From the sequence record DRR723986_23521: a stretch of 55,598 bases of DNA. One strand, given 5' to 3'. Numbering within the stretch: the stretch's first letter is position 1; every line of letters starts with the position of its first letter. The position numbers and the translations under genes were made by a program. Of this stretch, positions 1 through 10,776 are shown in pieces. The notes under the pieces were generated by a model, which was not told the DNA's origin, ran no database searches, and was given only the letters and a program-made list of their open reading frames with translations.

Positions 1-2604
1 TAAAGACGTCGTCGCGTTAGCTATTGGGTTGGCTAAGACTTCTAAGTTTAATACATTTAAATTAAAACAAGTTGTATTTGTGTTTTCTAAACGGATAAAA
101 ATAGTTTGGTTATTAGCTGTTGTATTTACATAACCATCCGTAATTTCAGGAGTACCTAAAGTTGCATCTGCTAAATTCTCATGAAAAGATACTGTAACAC
201 CTGTTTGGCCATTTAAAATTTCACCAATTTTCGTTGTTACGTTAAACATCATGAATCCATCTGTATCATCATCACAAGCTTGTAATGGTGAAACGGGCAC
301 AATATCTGGTAATGCATTAACAACCAAATTAAAACTAGTGGTACCAAAACAATCAGGATTTGCTGGATCTTCAACTCTAACGAAGACTGGTTCTAAATTA
401 GGTAGAACATTAGTATAAATGATTGGCAATGGCATTGCATTGTTATCTGCATCTATCTGACTGGAATGAAATGACACATTAAATGTCGCCGGATCTTGGC
501 CTCCTAATATATCTGGAATCTGAGTACCTAAATTGAAAGTTTCAAAACCATCATTACTTGGGTCATCACAAACCACCATATCCATCGGTTGATTTGCGAT
601 TGCTCTATTATTAACAATTAAATTGAATTCTGCTACTGCCGAAGCATTATAACAAGCAGAATTAGTAACACTCTCAATTCTCACATAAATTTCTTCTGGA
701 TTGCTAATGGTATTTGGATAAGGGCTCGTCAAAGAATTTATGCCCATATCAGCATCACTCGCACTTAAATGATAGGTTACGTTAAAGTCGGCAATGGCCT
801 GCGGCCCCAAAATACCGATAGTTTGTGATTCTAGATTGAATAACTCTATACCATCATTTAAGCCGTCATCACACACTTCAATATCTGCAACAGGGTTAAT
901 TGTTGGTTGTGCAGAAAAATTTAAGGTGATTGTACTTGTTGAAAAACAATTAGTACCGTCCGCTTCTACTCTAACATAAATAATTTCACCATTAGCACCA
1001 TTGTAAGCATTTGTTCCGATTAATGGAGCAGTATCATTTTCAGCATCATTTAAACTCGGGTGAAACGAAACCGTGTAATCCATTGGATCTAGTGAATTAA
1101 GAATATTTGGTATTTCTCCATCCAAATCAAATTCTGCAGTAACTGCTGCACTACATTCTGTTAAAGTAATATCATTTAAAGCAAATGTATCTGCAATACC
1201 TATAACAATTTCATCTTCAGCACTACATGGATCACCAAAAACAGCATCAAAGCCTTCTGCTAAAAGTGTATATGTTCCTGATTGTGTTGCTGTTAATGTT
1301 GGTCCGATCTCACCTGGTATAGTTACACCATCAAGTTGCCATTCAAACGTATTGAAAGCTCCATTGAAATTTGGATCTATTAGATAACTATCACCATCAC
1401 ATAAATCTTGATCTTCACCTAGATCGACCTGACAAATTATATCACAGTTTGTAGTAGCTGTAGAATTAGCATTAAGCACTAAATTAATAAACCCTGCATT
1501 ACCACTAAAATTAGTGATAAGTAATACATAGAATGAGTTAGCTGGTGCATTAAAAATATCTATTTGTTCTGTAGCCGATGCTGAATAACTACAATCGACT
1601 TGAGTAGTAGAATTTAAATCATCAGATCCACATTCAGGTTGTAAAAACGGTCCCCAAATAATAAAATCTACGTCGTTAGTAGCGGGGCCATCAGGTACTG
1701 AAGATTGTGTTAATGTAAAGCTTAAATTACCCGCAGTATCACCTGTTTGAAGAAAATACCATCTGGGATTAGGTTGAGAACCTAAACAATCATAATCTAT
1801 TCCACCTTCGGCGCTACCAATACCCACTGGCGAAGGCACATTACTAATACCTGAACAAATAGGTAATGCTCCCGCACATGTGTCATTATCTAAAACATCT
1901 ACCTGAATTGAATTATCAGATCCCGAACAACCTAAAGGATTAGTATCTGTAACTGTTAAGGTAACAGTATATGTTCCAGGGTTTGGATATGCATAATTGA
2001 CATTTTGGCCATTTAACGTATCGCCATTACCAAAATCCCATGTGTAAATTGCTCCGGTTCCATCAACCGAAAAGGTTGAACTTCCTTCAAAATTAATTAT
2101 TTCACCAGGATCAACATCAATTGTACCTGCAACAGCAGCTGGTGTTGTATTATCTATTGACGGCGTTATCGTCTGACAAGGAGTAAAACATGTAATATCT
2201 GCAGCCCATCCATCTGATATACCAGATCCATTAGAAATAAATTCTATTGTTAAACACCCTGTAGCATTTGTATTTGATGCACTAATTGTGAATGGACCAA
2301 CAGGTCCTTGAAAAGAACCTAATAATGTTGCAGTAACGTCGTCACCATCATAGATATTCATAACATCCGCATTAACACCTGTTTGTGTTACAAACTGAGT
2401 AAAATCTAATTCAATAAAGTCACCTACCACATCAGGGCAAATTGTAGTTACTAAATTTTCGTCTAGACTATAAGGTCCAAATTCACCACCTGAATCATAA
2501 AACACATCAGAACATTGGTTGAATGTCCCGTTAGACATTATTATATCTTGAGAGAATCCTAAGCTTGCAGCAAAAAGCGTTAGTAAGAGTAATATTTTTT
2601 TCAT
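1..2604 (-). CDS. Large secreted adhesin-like protein (CUB-like, PKD and repeated Cys-containing modules; probable T9SS cargo), 3' end outside window
   Basis: Not in the ORF track because it runs off the edge. Manual translation from ATG 2604: MKKILLLLTLFAASLGFSQDIIMSNGTFNQCSDVFYDSGG (signal peptide, CUB-like start), YTWDFGNG...YPNPGTYTVTLTVTD (PKD), then ~95-aa repeats CDD..NDG...FNL...IYVR. The segments I translated are in frame to position 1. The sorting domain itself is not visible. Confidence 0.85.
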   Translation of the reverse strand, partial: MKKILLLLTLFAASLGFSQDIIMSNGTFNQCSDVFYDSGGEFGPYSLDENLVTTICPDVVGDFIELDFTQFVTQTGVNADVMNIYDGDDVTATLLGSFQGPVGPFTISASNTNATGCLTIEFISNGSGISDGWAADITCFTPCQTITPSIDNTTPAAVAGTIDVDPGEIINFEGSSTFSVDGTGAIYTWDFGNGDTLNGQNVNYAYPNPGTYTVTLTVTDTNPLGCSGSDNSIQVDVLDNDTCAGALPICSGISNVPSPVGIGSAEGGIDYDCLGSQPNPRWYFLQTGDTAGNLSFTLTQSSVPDGPATNDVDFIIWGPFLQPECGSDDLNSTTQVDCSYSASATEQIDIFNAPANSFYVLLITNFSGNAGFINLVLNANSTATTNCDIICQVDLGEDQDLCDGDSYLIDPNFNGAFNTFEWQLDGVTIPGEIGPTLTATQSGTYTLLAEGFDAVFGDPCSAEDEIVIGIADTFALNDITLTECSAAVTAEFDLDGEIPNILNSLDPMDYTVSFHPSLNDAENDTAPLIGTNAYNGANGEIIYVRVEADGTNCFSTSTITLNFSAQPTINPVADIEVCDDGLNDGIELFNLESQTIGILGPQAIADFNVTYHLSASDADMGINSLTSPYPNTISNPEEIYVRIESVTNSACYNASAVAEFNLIVNNRAIANQPMDMVVCDDPSNDGFETFNLGTQIPDILGGQDPATFNVSFHSSQIDADNNAMPLPIIYTNVLPNLEPVFVRVEDPANPDCFGTTSFNLVVNALPDIVPVSPLQACDDDTDGFMMFNVTTKIGEILNGQTGVTVSFHENLADATLGTPEITDGYVNTTANNQTIFIRLENTNTTCFNLNVLNLEVLANPIANATTSL

Positions 2605-2626
2605 TATACTGATTTATCAGTTAGTG

Positions 2627-3091
2627 TTAACTTTTTGTTCTTCTATATTGAGAAGTGATTTGAATAAAATAATTGGTACCATCTACACGGTAGACGTAAG
2701 TTCCTTTTGAGAAAAAGTCTAATTTATATTTCAACGGATTAAAATTGTTAAGATCAAATTTTGTATCTCTTTGTAAATCAATATTGTAATCATTAAATAA
2801 AGGAACCTCAGATAGTAATTTTGTAAATTTTTGTGTTTTTGGATTGGTATCCTTGTAAATAGTTATTCTATTTCTAAGTAAGTGCTTCAAATCTTTTAAC
2901 AAATCTGAGTTTTGATAAACTAATTCATTGGCTTTAGACTGATAAACTTCGTTTATCATGGCCTTTTCCTTTTTAGTTAAAGGTGCTTCAACATTATCAG
3001 GAAAACTTATTGGTGTACTTTTTGCTTCTTGACTGAAGATGGTAAAACTGAGAAATAATATTGGTAAAACAATGAATAATTTAGTTTTCAT
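2627..3091 (-). CDS. Hypothetical secreted protein
   Basis: 154 aa, Sec signal peptide ending FSQ; stop lies 22 nt before the start of the large secreted gene. Confidence 0.75.
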   Translation of the reverse strand: MKTKLFIVLPILFLSFTIFSQEAKSTPISFPDNVEAPLTKKEKAMINEVYQSKANELVYQNSDLLKDLKHLLRNRITIYKDTNPKTQKFTKLLSEVPLFNDYNIDLQRDTKFDLNNFNPLKYKLDFFSKGTYVYRVDGTNYFIQITSQYRRTKS

Positions 3092-3184
3092 TTTTAATGA
3101 TTTTGTTGAAACTCGAAAATTAATAAAATTTTAGGATAACGAAGGTTAATTCGTCAATGATATTGGCATTTTTACGGTTTTACT

Positions 3185-3217
3185 TATATAACAACTATGA
3201 TAAAAAAATTCCTACCC
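3185..3217 (-). promoter_or_regulatory. Candidate ECF sigma promoter, copy 1
   Basis: Minus strand GGGTAGG-AATTTTTTTATCATAG-TTGTTATATA; same motif and 16-nt spacer as 34894-34925 and 35503-35534. Confidence 0.6.
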
Positions 3218-3239
3218 TAATGATACTATTTTTATTGCG

Positions 3240-3247
3240 TATCTTTG
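3240..3247 (+). promoter_or_regulatory. Bacteroidota housekeeping promoter -7 element for folE
   Basis: TATCTTTG matches TAnnTTTG, 33 nt before ATG. Confidence 0.6.
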
Positions 3248-3280
3248 CAATCTTATTTCTAACAGTAAAGAACAGTTACA

Positions 3281-3958
3281 ATGAAAATCGATGGCGATTT
3301 TAACGATATTGATGCTTTAGGTGATGACCACGTTGGCTCATCGAGCGAAACTCCGTTAAGAGACGATGCTTTTAACTTGTCTAATGATGAGAAAATAGAA
3401 ATCATCAAAGATGATGTTAGGCATATTATGGAAACCCTAGGATTAGACCTCACCGATGATAGTCTAAATGGTACTCCTAATAGAGTCGCAAAAATGTTTG
3501 TAAACGAAATTTTTGGTGGTTTAAACCCTAACAAAAAGCCTCGTGCCTCTACTTTTGATAACAAGTATAAGTATGGTGAAATGTTAGTTGAGAAAAACAT
3601 AACTGTTTATTCTACTTGTGAGCACCACTTATTACCTATTGTTGGAAAAGCTCATGTAGCTTATATCTCCAACGGAACTGTGGTTGGCTTATCAAAGATG
3701 AATAGAATTGTAGATTACTTTGCTAAACGTCCACAGGTACAAGAAAGACTTACTATACAAGTTGTGAAAGAACTTCAGAAAGTATTAAACACAGATGACG
3801 TTGCATGCGTTATTGACGCAAAACATTTATGTGTAAATTCTAGAGGAATTAGAGATATAGAAAGTAGTACTGTAACCTCTGAATTTGGCGGAAAATTTAA
3901 AGAAAAAGATACACGTAGAGAGTTTTTAGACTACATTAACTTAGATACTCAATTTTAG
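3281..3958 (+). CDS. folE: GTP cyclohydrolase I
   Basis: TPNRVAKM, STCEHHLLP, GLSKMNRIV, RPQVQERLT, HLCVNSRG motifs. Confidence 0.97.
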   Translation: MKIDGDFNDIDALGDDHVGSSSETPLRDDAFNLSNDEKIEIIKDDVRHIMETLGLDLTDDSLNGTPNRVAKMFVNEIFGGLNPNKKPRASTFDNKYKYGEMLVEKNITVYSTCEHHLLPIVGKAHVAYISNGTVVGLSKMNRIVDYFAKRPQVQERLTIQVVKELQKVLNTDDVACVIDAKHLCVNSRGIRDIESSTVTSEFGGKFKEKDTRREFLDYINLDTQF

Positions 3959-4015
3959 TTTGCTTTGTCACATCTAGTTATTTAGTTTTGTTGACATATT
4001 ATACAATCTTGCATC

Positions 4016-5497
4016 ATGACTTTATACGATAACCAGACCATAAAAATTTACAATTCACTTACAGGTGAAAAGGAAGTCTTTAAGCCTATAAACGAAGGTT
4101 ATGTAGGCATGTATGTATGCGGACCAACAGTATACAGTAATGTTCACCTTGGAAATGTAAGAACTTTTATGTCCTTTGATGTTATCTACAGATACTTAAA
4201 ACATCTGGATTACAAAGTAAGATTTGTTAGAAATATTACAGATGCTGGTCATTTAGAAAATGATGCTGATGAGGGTGAAGATAGAATTGCTAAAAAAGCA
4301 AGATTAGAAGCTATTGAACCTATGGAAGTTGTACAGCGCTACACTGTAGATTTTCATAATATCTTAAATAAATTCAATTTTTTACCACCGAGTATAGAGC
4401 CAACAGCAACTGGCCATATTATTGAACAAATCGAAATCATTAAAAGTATTATTGATAATGGTTTTGCCTATGAAGTTAACGGATCCGTATATTTTGATGT
4501 TCATAAATATAATGAGAGTAAAAGTTATGGAATTTTAAGTAAGCGAAAACTCGAAGATCTTATACATAACACCAGGCAGCTAGATGGGCAGTCTGACAAA
4601 AAGAACCCTCAGGATTTTGCACTTTGGAAAAAAGCTGAACCACAACATATTATGCGTTGGCCATCACCTTGGAGTGACGGTTTTCCTGGTTGGCACTTAG
4701 AATGTACCGCAATGAGCACTAAATATCTTGGTGAAAAATTTGATATTCATGGTGGCGGTATGGATTTAAAATTCCCTCATCACGAATGTGAAATAGCTCA
4801 AGCAGAAGCATGTAACAATGAAGCTCCTGTAAATTACTGGATGCATGCCAATATGCTCATTATGAATGGTAAGAAAATGGCGAAATCTACCGGAAATTTT
4901 ATACTTCCAAATGAAATTTTTTCTGGAGATAATCCACACATCACAAAAGCCTTTTCACCAAGTGTAGCTCGTTTCTTTATGTTACAAGCACATTACAGAA
5001 GTATATTAGACTTTACTAATAATGGCTTATTAGCTAGTGAAAAAGGATTTCATAGATTAATGGATGCAATAAATCTTATGGATGATTTAAAAGTTGGTAA
5101 TTCATCAACTTTTGACGTAGCCGCTTGGAAGCAAAAATGCTACGACGCCATGAATGATGATTTTAATACACCTATTTTAATTGCCACTCTTTTTGATGCT
5201 GTTAAATTCATTAATCAAGTTAAAGATGGAAGTGCAAGTATTTCAAAAGATGATTTAGAATTACTAAAGAAGACCATGGAGGCTTTCACTTTTGAGATAT
5301 TGGGATTAATAAATGTTTCTAAGGACAATTCCGGTACAGATAAATTATCTGGTGCTGTTGAAATATTAATCAACCTTAGAAAAGAAGCCAGATTAAATAA
5401 AGATTTTGCTTTATCTGATAAAATAAGAGATGAATTGGCTGAAGTTGGTATTCAGCTAAACGATAGTAGAGAAGGTACTACGTTTACGACAAATTAA
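4016..5497 (+). CDS. cysS: Cysteine--tRNA ligase
   Basis: [41 protein letters not shown]. Confidence 0.98.
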   Translation: MTLYDNQTIKIYNSLTGEKEVFKPINEGYVGMYVCGPTVYSNVHLGNVRTFMSFDVIYRYLKHLDYKVRFVRNITDAGHLENDADEGEDRIAKKARLEAIEPMEVVQRYTVDFHNILNKFNFLPPSIEPTATGHIIEQIEIIKSIIDNGFAYEVNGSVYFDVHKYNESKSYGILSKRKLEDLIHNTRQLDGQSDKKNPQDFALWKKAEPQHIMRWPSPWSDGFPGWHLECTAMSTKYLGEKFDIHGGGMDLKFPHHECEIAQAEACNNEAPVNYWMHANMLIMNGKKMAKSTGNFILPNEIFSGDNPHITKAFSPSVARFFMLQAHYRSILDFTNNGLLASEKGFHRLMDAINLMDDLKVGNSSTFDVAAWKQKCYDAMNDDFNTPILIATLFDAVKFINQVKDGSASISKDDLELLKKTMEAFTFEILGLINVSKDNSGTDKLSGAVEILINLRKEARLNKDFALSDKIRDELAEVGIQLNDSREGTTFTTN

Positions 5498-5499
5498 AT

Positions 5500-5733
5500 G
5501 TGAAAAAGATTCTCACATACCCATTTTTATTGCTCATTAAAGTATATCAAACTCTGATATCACCATTTACTCCTGCAACATGCAGATATCAACCAACCTG
5601 CTCACATTACGCAAAGGAAGCCTTAGAAGTTCATGGCTTTTTTAAAGGTGGTAAATTAGCACTAAAACGTATTTTTAGTTGTCATCCTTGGGGAGGAAAA
5701 GGTTTTGATCCTGTACCACCAAAAGAGCATTAA
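5500..5733 (+). CDS. yidD: Membrane protein insertion efficiency factor
   Basis: YQTLISP...[11 protein letters not shown]...CHPWG..GFDPVP; GTG start. Confidence 0.95.
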   Translation: MKKILTYPFLLLIKVYQTLISPFTPATCRYQPTCSHYAKEALEVHGFFKGGKLALKRIFSCHPWGGKGFDPVPPKEH

Positions 5734-5798
5734 TATTACGTTAATCTCATTTTCAATCGCTTTCAAAATATTATATTTACTGCATAAACAGAATATCT

Positions 5799-6623
5799 AT
5801 GTATTTATTGCAAATTGAATGGGATCCTATTAAATCATTGGATTTAGGTTTTTTTGAGCTTCACTTCTATAGTGTAATGTGGATAGTTGCCTTTATATTA
5901 GGCTTTTATATCACTAAACGCATATACAAAAATGAAGGACAATCTGAAGAATCATTAGATTCGTTATTCATTTATTCTGTTTTAGGTATTATGTTAGGAG
6001 CAAGATTAGGTCATGTCATTTTCTACCAACCTGAACTAATTTCTGAGGACTTCTTTAGTATATTCTTACCCTTTAGCTTTAAAGATGGTATAAGATTCAC
6101 TGGGTTTCAAGGTTTAGCGAGTCATGGAGCTGCAATTGCAATGATAATTTCCATGTACCTCTACAACAAAAAGGTTTTAAAGAAAACGGTTCTTTGGATA
6201 TTAGACCGTGTAGTTATACCGGTGGCTCTAGGTGCAGTTTTTGTTAGAATAGGAAATTTTATAAATTCTGAAATTATCGGTATGAAAACTGATTCTGTCT
6301 TTGGAGTTGTATTTAAACAATTAGGTGAAACAGAGGCCAGACATCCAGCTCAATTGTATGAGGCTTTCTTTTACATTTTTGTCTTCTTAATTCTGTTTTA
6401 TTTCTATTGGAAAACCAAAAAATCTGAGCAACAAGGATTCTTATTTGGTTTATTCTTAGTGTTACTTTGGACAGTTAGATTCTTTGTAGAATTTGTAAAA
6501 GAAGCACAAGTTGATGAGCGAGCAGATTGGTTTTTAAACACAGGGCAGCTATTAAGTATTCCTTTTATTTTAATAGGTCTTTATTTTATGTTTGTGCACA
6601 AACCAAAAACTAAATTAAGTTAA
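5799..6623 (+). CDS. lgt: Prolipoprotein diacylglyceryl transferase
   Basis: GARLGHV, GLASHG, RIGNFINSE, RHPAQLYE, RFFVEF. Confidence 0.97.
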   Translation: MYLLQIEWDPIKSLDLGFFELHFYSVMWIVAFILGFYITKRIYKNEGQSEESLDSLFIYSVLGIMLGARLGHVIFYQPELISEDFFSIFLPFSFKDGIRFTGFQGLASHGAAIAMIISMYLYNKKVLKKTVLWILDRVVIPVALGAVFVRIGNFINSEIIGMKTDSVFGVVFKQLGETEARHPAQLYEAFFYIFVFLILFYFYWKTKKSEQQGFLFGLFLVLLWTVRFFVEFVKEAQVDERADWFLNTGQLLSIPFILIGLYFMFVHKPKTKLS

Positions 6624-6628
6624 CTCTT

Positions 6629-7123
6629 TTGAAACGTTTATTTAAACATACTGCTCTGGCATTAACATTATTAATTGCTTATAACTGCAAAGAAGATGCA
6701 CCTAAAAAAAGCAGTGATAAAGTTATTGTGAGATTTAAAAAAGAGGGTGAATTGACTCTTAAAAAATCGGACACAGATTCTATAATTAAAACCTTAAATA
6801 TTGAAATTGCAGATAATGAATATGAGACACAGACTGGTTTAATGTATCGAACTAAGTTAGAGACCAATCATGCCATGTTGTTTATTTTCCCAGACGAAGA
6901 CTTCAGGAGTTTCTACATGAAGAACACTAAAATTCCCTTAGACATAATTTACATCAACCAAAATAGAGAAATTGTTAGCATTCAAAAAAATGCTAAACCA
7001 TTTGATGAAACGTCGTTGCCTTCAGAAGCACCTGCTAAATATGTATTAGAAATTAATGGTGGTTTATCTGATGAGTGGCAACTTGGAGTTGGTGATAAGA
7101 TTGAATTTGAAATATTAGAATAA
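6629..7123 (+). CDS. DUF192 family lipoprotein
   Basis: EIAD...GLMYR, MLFIF, FYMKNTKIPLDIIYI, YVLEING; lipobox-like Cys; TTG start. Confidence 0.9.
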   Translation: MKRLFKHTALALTLLIAYNCKEDAPKKSSDKVIVRFKKEGELTLKKSDTDSIIKTLNIEIADNEYETQTGLMYRTKLETNHAMLFIFPDEDFRSFYMKNTKIPLDIIYINQNREIVSIQKNAKPFDETSLPSEAPAKYVLEINGGLSDEWQLGVGDKIEFEILE

Positions 7124-7135
7124 ATAATTCAAATA

Positions 7136-7537
7136 ATGAAACTTCTAAAGCAATTCTTTTTACCAAATTTAAATGAGAAAAGATGGTTTAGAATTTTGAT
7201 TTGGTGGGAATTAAGACGCATTCCCTACAATGTATTTCTTCTACTATTTCTTTCTATTTCCTTTTATTTTTTATCCCTGATTCCTAATGACGGCTTTATT
7301 AGAATCTTACCAGGTCCAGGTTTAATTGTAGGCTTTTATATTACGTTATTACTATTTTTTATCGGTGCAAATATACTCTTTACAACAGGCTCTATATTTC
7401 AGATTATAACTCGAAACTATAACCACAAGTTAATATATTGGGTACGTAAATTTTCGTTGCTCATAGGCATTATAGTTTCATTTATAGTAACACTCTGTCC
7501 AATTATAATTGCTCTAATCAAGCAGTTATTACAATAA
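7136..7537 (+). CDS. Hypothetical membrane protein
   Basis: 133 aa, three hydrophobic segments, WWELRRIPYN motif. Confidence 0.65.
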   Translation: MKLLKQFFLPNLNEKRWFRILIWWELRRIPYNVFLLLFLSISFYFLSLIPNDGFIRILPGPGLIVGFYITLLLFFIGANILFTTGSIFQIITRNYNHKLIYWVRKFSLLIGIIVSFIVTLCPIIIALIKQLLQ

Positions 7538-7567
7538 AAAATGCCTTTCAGAAATGAAAGGCATTTT
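7538..7567. terminator. Bidirectional intrinsic terminator
   Basis: AAAATGCCTTTCA-gaaa-TGAAAGGCATTTT between convergent genes. Confidence 0.85.
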
Positions 7568-7589
7568 AAAATTATAGATTTTGAAGGGT

Positions 7590-10500
7590 TTATTCTTCGT
7601 CTTCTTCTTTTACTTTTTTCTTTAGAGATTCTGCAGCATCTCCTTTTTTAGCTGTATCATACATTAAAGGTGTTGCAATAAACATAGATGAGTATGTACC
7701 CACAATAACACCCACGATTAATGCAAATAATAATCCTCTTAAAGAATCTGCACCAAAGATGAACATTGCTAATAAAACCACTAATGTTGTCACAGACGTA
7801 TTTAATGTTCTGCTTAATGTACTATTTAAAGATGCATTAATTGTTTTACCAAATTCCCAAGACGTATGCTCATTTAAGAACTCTCTAATTCTATCAAATA
7901 CTACCACGGTATCATTTAAGGAATAACCAATTACCGTTAATATCGCTGCTATAAATGCTTGGTCAATTTCCATACTAAATGGCATAAACTTCCATGTTAA
8001 TGAGAAAATTCCCAATACAATTAATACATCATGGAAAACAGCTGCAACGGCACCAAGTGAGAATTGCCATTTCTTAAATCTAAATAATATATATAAGAAT
8101 ACTACAACTAAAGAACCTAATACAGCCCAGAATGATGATTTCTTAATATCATCTGCAATTGTTGGACTAACTTTACTAGATAACATCTTACCAATTTTAG
8201 CATCACCAGAACCATCCAAAAACTCTTGATAAGTCATTCCTGGTGGTAAATATTTTTGTAATGCACCAAATAATTTAGATTGCACCTCTTCATCTGCCTC
8301 CGTTGAGTTATCTTCTACTTTATATTTAGTAGATATCTTTAACTGATTAGCACCACCAATAGTTTTTACTTCAGCACTATTAAATACATCATTAAGATCA
8401 CCTTTTACTTCTTCTACACTTACTTCCTGATCAAAACGTACTTGGTATGTTCTACCTCCGACAAAATCAATACCTTGATCTAAACCAGTTGTAAATAATG
8501 ACCCTAAACTTGCTAATAATAACACACTAGAAATTACGTATGCTATCTTTCGTTTTTTCAAGAAATTAATATTTACATTCTTAAATAATCCTTTAGTCAT
8601 TCTTGTTGAGAAATCTAATTCTCCACCTCTATTAGCATACCAGTCTATTAATAAACGTGTAATAAAGATTGCTGTAAATAAAGATGTCAAAATACCAATG
8701 ATTAAGGTAGTTGCGAATCCTTTAATAGGACCTGTACCAAATACAAATAAGATTAAAGCTGTTAACCCTGTAGTGATATTCGCATCTAAAATTGAAGATA
8801 ATGCATTTGCAAAACCATCTTTAATAGATTCTTTCTGAGATTTTCCTTTTGCTATTTCTTCTCGAATACGCTCAAAGATAAGTACGTTAGCATCAACCGA
8901 TATACCTATTGTTAATACAATACCCGCAATACCAGGCAATGTTAACACTGCACCTAAACTCGCCAACACACCAAATATTAATAAGATGTTTAGTAATAAT
9001 GCGATATCTGCAAATCCACCTGCTTTACCATAATAGAAAATCATCCAAAGTAAAACGAAAATCAAAGCAATACCAAAAGACTTAATTCCACTATCAATAG
9101 CTTCTTGCCCAAGCGAAGGACCAACCTCATCAGCTTGTACAATCTCAGCAGAAGCTGGTAATTTACCTGCTCTTAAAACATTTGCTAAATCTACTGCTTC
9201 TGTTAACGAGAAAGCACCTGATATTTGAGATCTTCCGCCTGCAATAGGTCCAGTTGTAACACTTGGCGCAGAATAAACAATATCATCTAGTACAATAGCT
9301 ATGTAACCTTGAGTTTCATAGGCTTTGGTCGTCATTTCTTCCCAAATTTTAGATCCTTTGGCATTCATTTGCATACTAACCGCAGGTCTACTAATTTGAT
9401 CATAATCTTGTCTAGCATCAGTAATCACAGCGCCACTTAATTGTGGAACTCCTTCCCTATTACTTTTAATAGCATATAATTCTGAGAACTCAGAATCTTT
9501 TTGTTGGATGCCCCAAACAAATTTTACATTACGCATTTCTGCAGGTAATAAAGATCTGTTTTTAGCTTTGTTTAACTCTGCAATAACATTATCCTTGTCC
9601 TTTGCCAAGAATACACCAACAACAGGTCCTCCATTTCCATAACTCTGAATTCCTAAAGGATTTACATCTGCTACATTTGTTGAGTCACTTTCAATTTGTC
9701 CGGTTAAATCATCAATAGCACTAGACGTTGTATCCTGAACTTCTCCAGCCTCTGCAATCTCATCTTTAGGTTCTGCTTCTTTATTTGCTTCGACTAAAGC
9801 TTGATTTACTTGCAATATATAAGGTAAAACCTCTTGAGTTTTGTACGTTTCCCAAAATTGTAATTGAGCCGTTTTTGTAATAATATCTACAACACGTTTC
9901 TTGTCTTTGGCTCCAGGTAATTCAATTAAAATACGACCAGAGTTACCTAAACGTTGAATGTTTGGAGAGGATACACCAAAACCATCAATACGATTTCTTA
10001 ATACTTCAAAAGCAGAAACTATAGATTCATCTATTTTTCTTTCAATGATACCTTTAACCTCATCGTCTGACATATTGAATTTAATCTCATCACTTAAATC
10101 ACGATTTGCAAAAATATCTGGAGAAGCCAATTTTGTATCTCCCTTAATAGCATCAAACGCTCTAAAGAAGGATTCTAAATAAGATTCCTGAGCATCTTTT
10201 TGTAATTCCTCAGCATCATCTAACGCCTGATTGAAAATAGGATCTTTACTATTATTTGCCAATCCTTTTAAAATATCCTTTACAGATATTTGAATGATGG
10301 CATTAATACCACCCTTTAGGTCTAAACCTAATTTCATAGCATTTTTCTCTACCTCAGCATAGGTATATTCAGAAACACCTATGTCGTATACCTTTATTGA
10401 TTCAAAGTTATCTCCAACTTTATTTTTTGAAGTTTTTAAAGAATCGAGATAGCGAATCTCAGCTACGCTTCTTAAGTCTTGATAATTTGCCACTGATTCG

Positions 10501-10631
10501 TCATACTGAGCCACAGCAGCAGCTTTCGCCTCATCTTCTATTTGATTTGCCTTAAATGTAAATGATAGTTGGTATATACTTACCAAACCAAACAAAATAG
10601 CAAAAAGCTTAATTATTCCTTTGTTTTGCAT
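7590..10631 (-). CDS. secDF: Protein translocase subunit SecDF (fused)
   Basis: LGLDLKGG, VGPSLG, GISVDANVLIFERIREE, GIDFVGG, GYSLNDTVVVFDRIRE. Confidence 0.98.
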   Translation of the reverse strand: MQNKGIIKLFAILFGLVSIYQLSFTFKANQIEDEAKAAAVAQYDESVANYQDLRSVAEIRYLDSLKTSKNKVGDNFESIKVYDIGVSEYTYAEVEKNAMKLGLDLKGGINAIIQISVKDILKGLANNSKDPIFNQALDDAEELQKDAQESYLESFFRAFDAIKGDTKLASPDIFANRDLSDEIKFNMSDDEVKGIIERKIDESIVSAFEVLRNRIDGFGVSSPNIQRLGNSGRILIELPGAKDKKRVVDIITKTAQLQFWETYKTQEVLPYILQVNQALVEANKEAEPKDEIAEAGEVQDTTSSAIDDLTGQIESDSTNVADVNPLGIQSYGNGGPVVGVFLAKDKDNVIAELNKAKNRSLLPAEMRNVKFVWGIQQKDSEFSELYAIKSNREGVPQLSGAVITDARQDYDQISRPAVSMQMNAKGSKIWEEMTTKAYETQGYIAIVLDDIVYSAPSVTTGPIAGGRSQISGAFSLTEAVDLANVLRAGKLPASAEIVQADEVGPSLGQEAIDSGIKSFGIALIFVLLWMIFYYGKAGGFADIALLLNILLIFGVLASLGAVLTLPGIAGIVLTIGISVDANVLIFERIREEIAKGKSQKESIKDGFANALSSILDANITTGLTALILFVFGTGPIKGFATTLIIGILTSLFTAIFITRLLIDWYANRGGELDFSTRMTKGLFKNVNINFLKKRKIAYVISSVLLLASLGSLFTTGLDQGIDFVGGRTYQVRFDQEVSVEEVKGDLNDVFNSAEVKTIGGANQLKISTKYKVEDNSTEADEEVQSKLFGALQKYLPPGMTYQEFLDGSGDAKIGKMLSSKVSPTIADDIKKSSFWAVLGSLVVVFLYILFRFKKWQFSLGAVAAVFHDVLIVLGIFSLTWKFMPFSMEIDQAFIAAILTVIGYSLNDTVVVFDRIREFLNEHTSWEFGKTINASLNSTLSRTLNTSVTTLVVLLAMFIFGADSLRGLLFALIVGVIVGTYSSMFIATPLMYDTAKKGDAAESLKKKVKEEDEE

Positions 10632-10776
10632 TGTTGTAGTTATTTAATGTCGATTTTTTTGAACGCGAAAATATAAAGTTTACGGTCTAATACGACAAGT
10701 GTTTTTTAATGTTATAAATGAGTTATAGCTTTTTGATTGAATTATAAAAGCTAAATGGGAAGTTTTGGGAATTATT

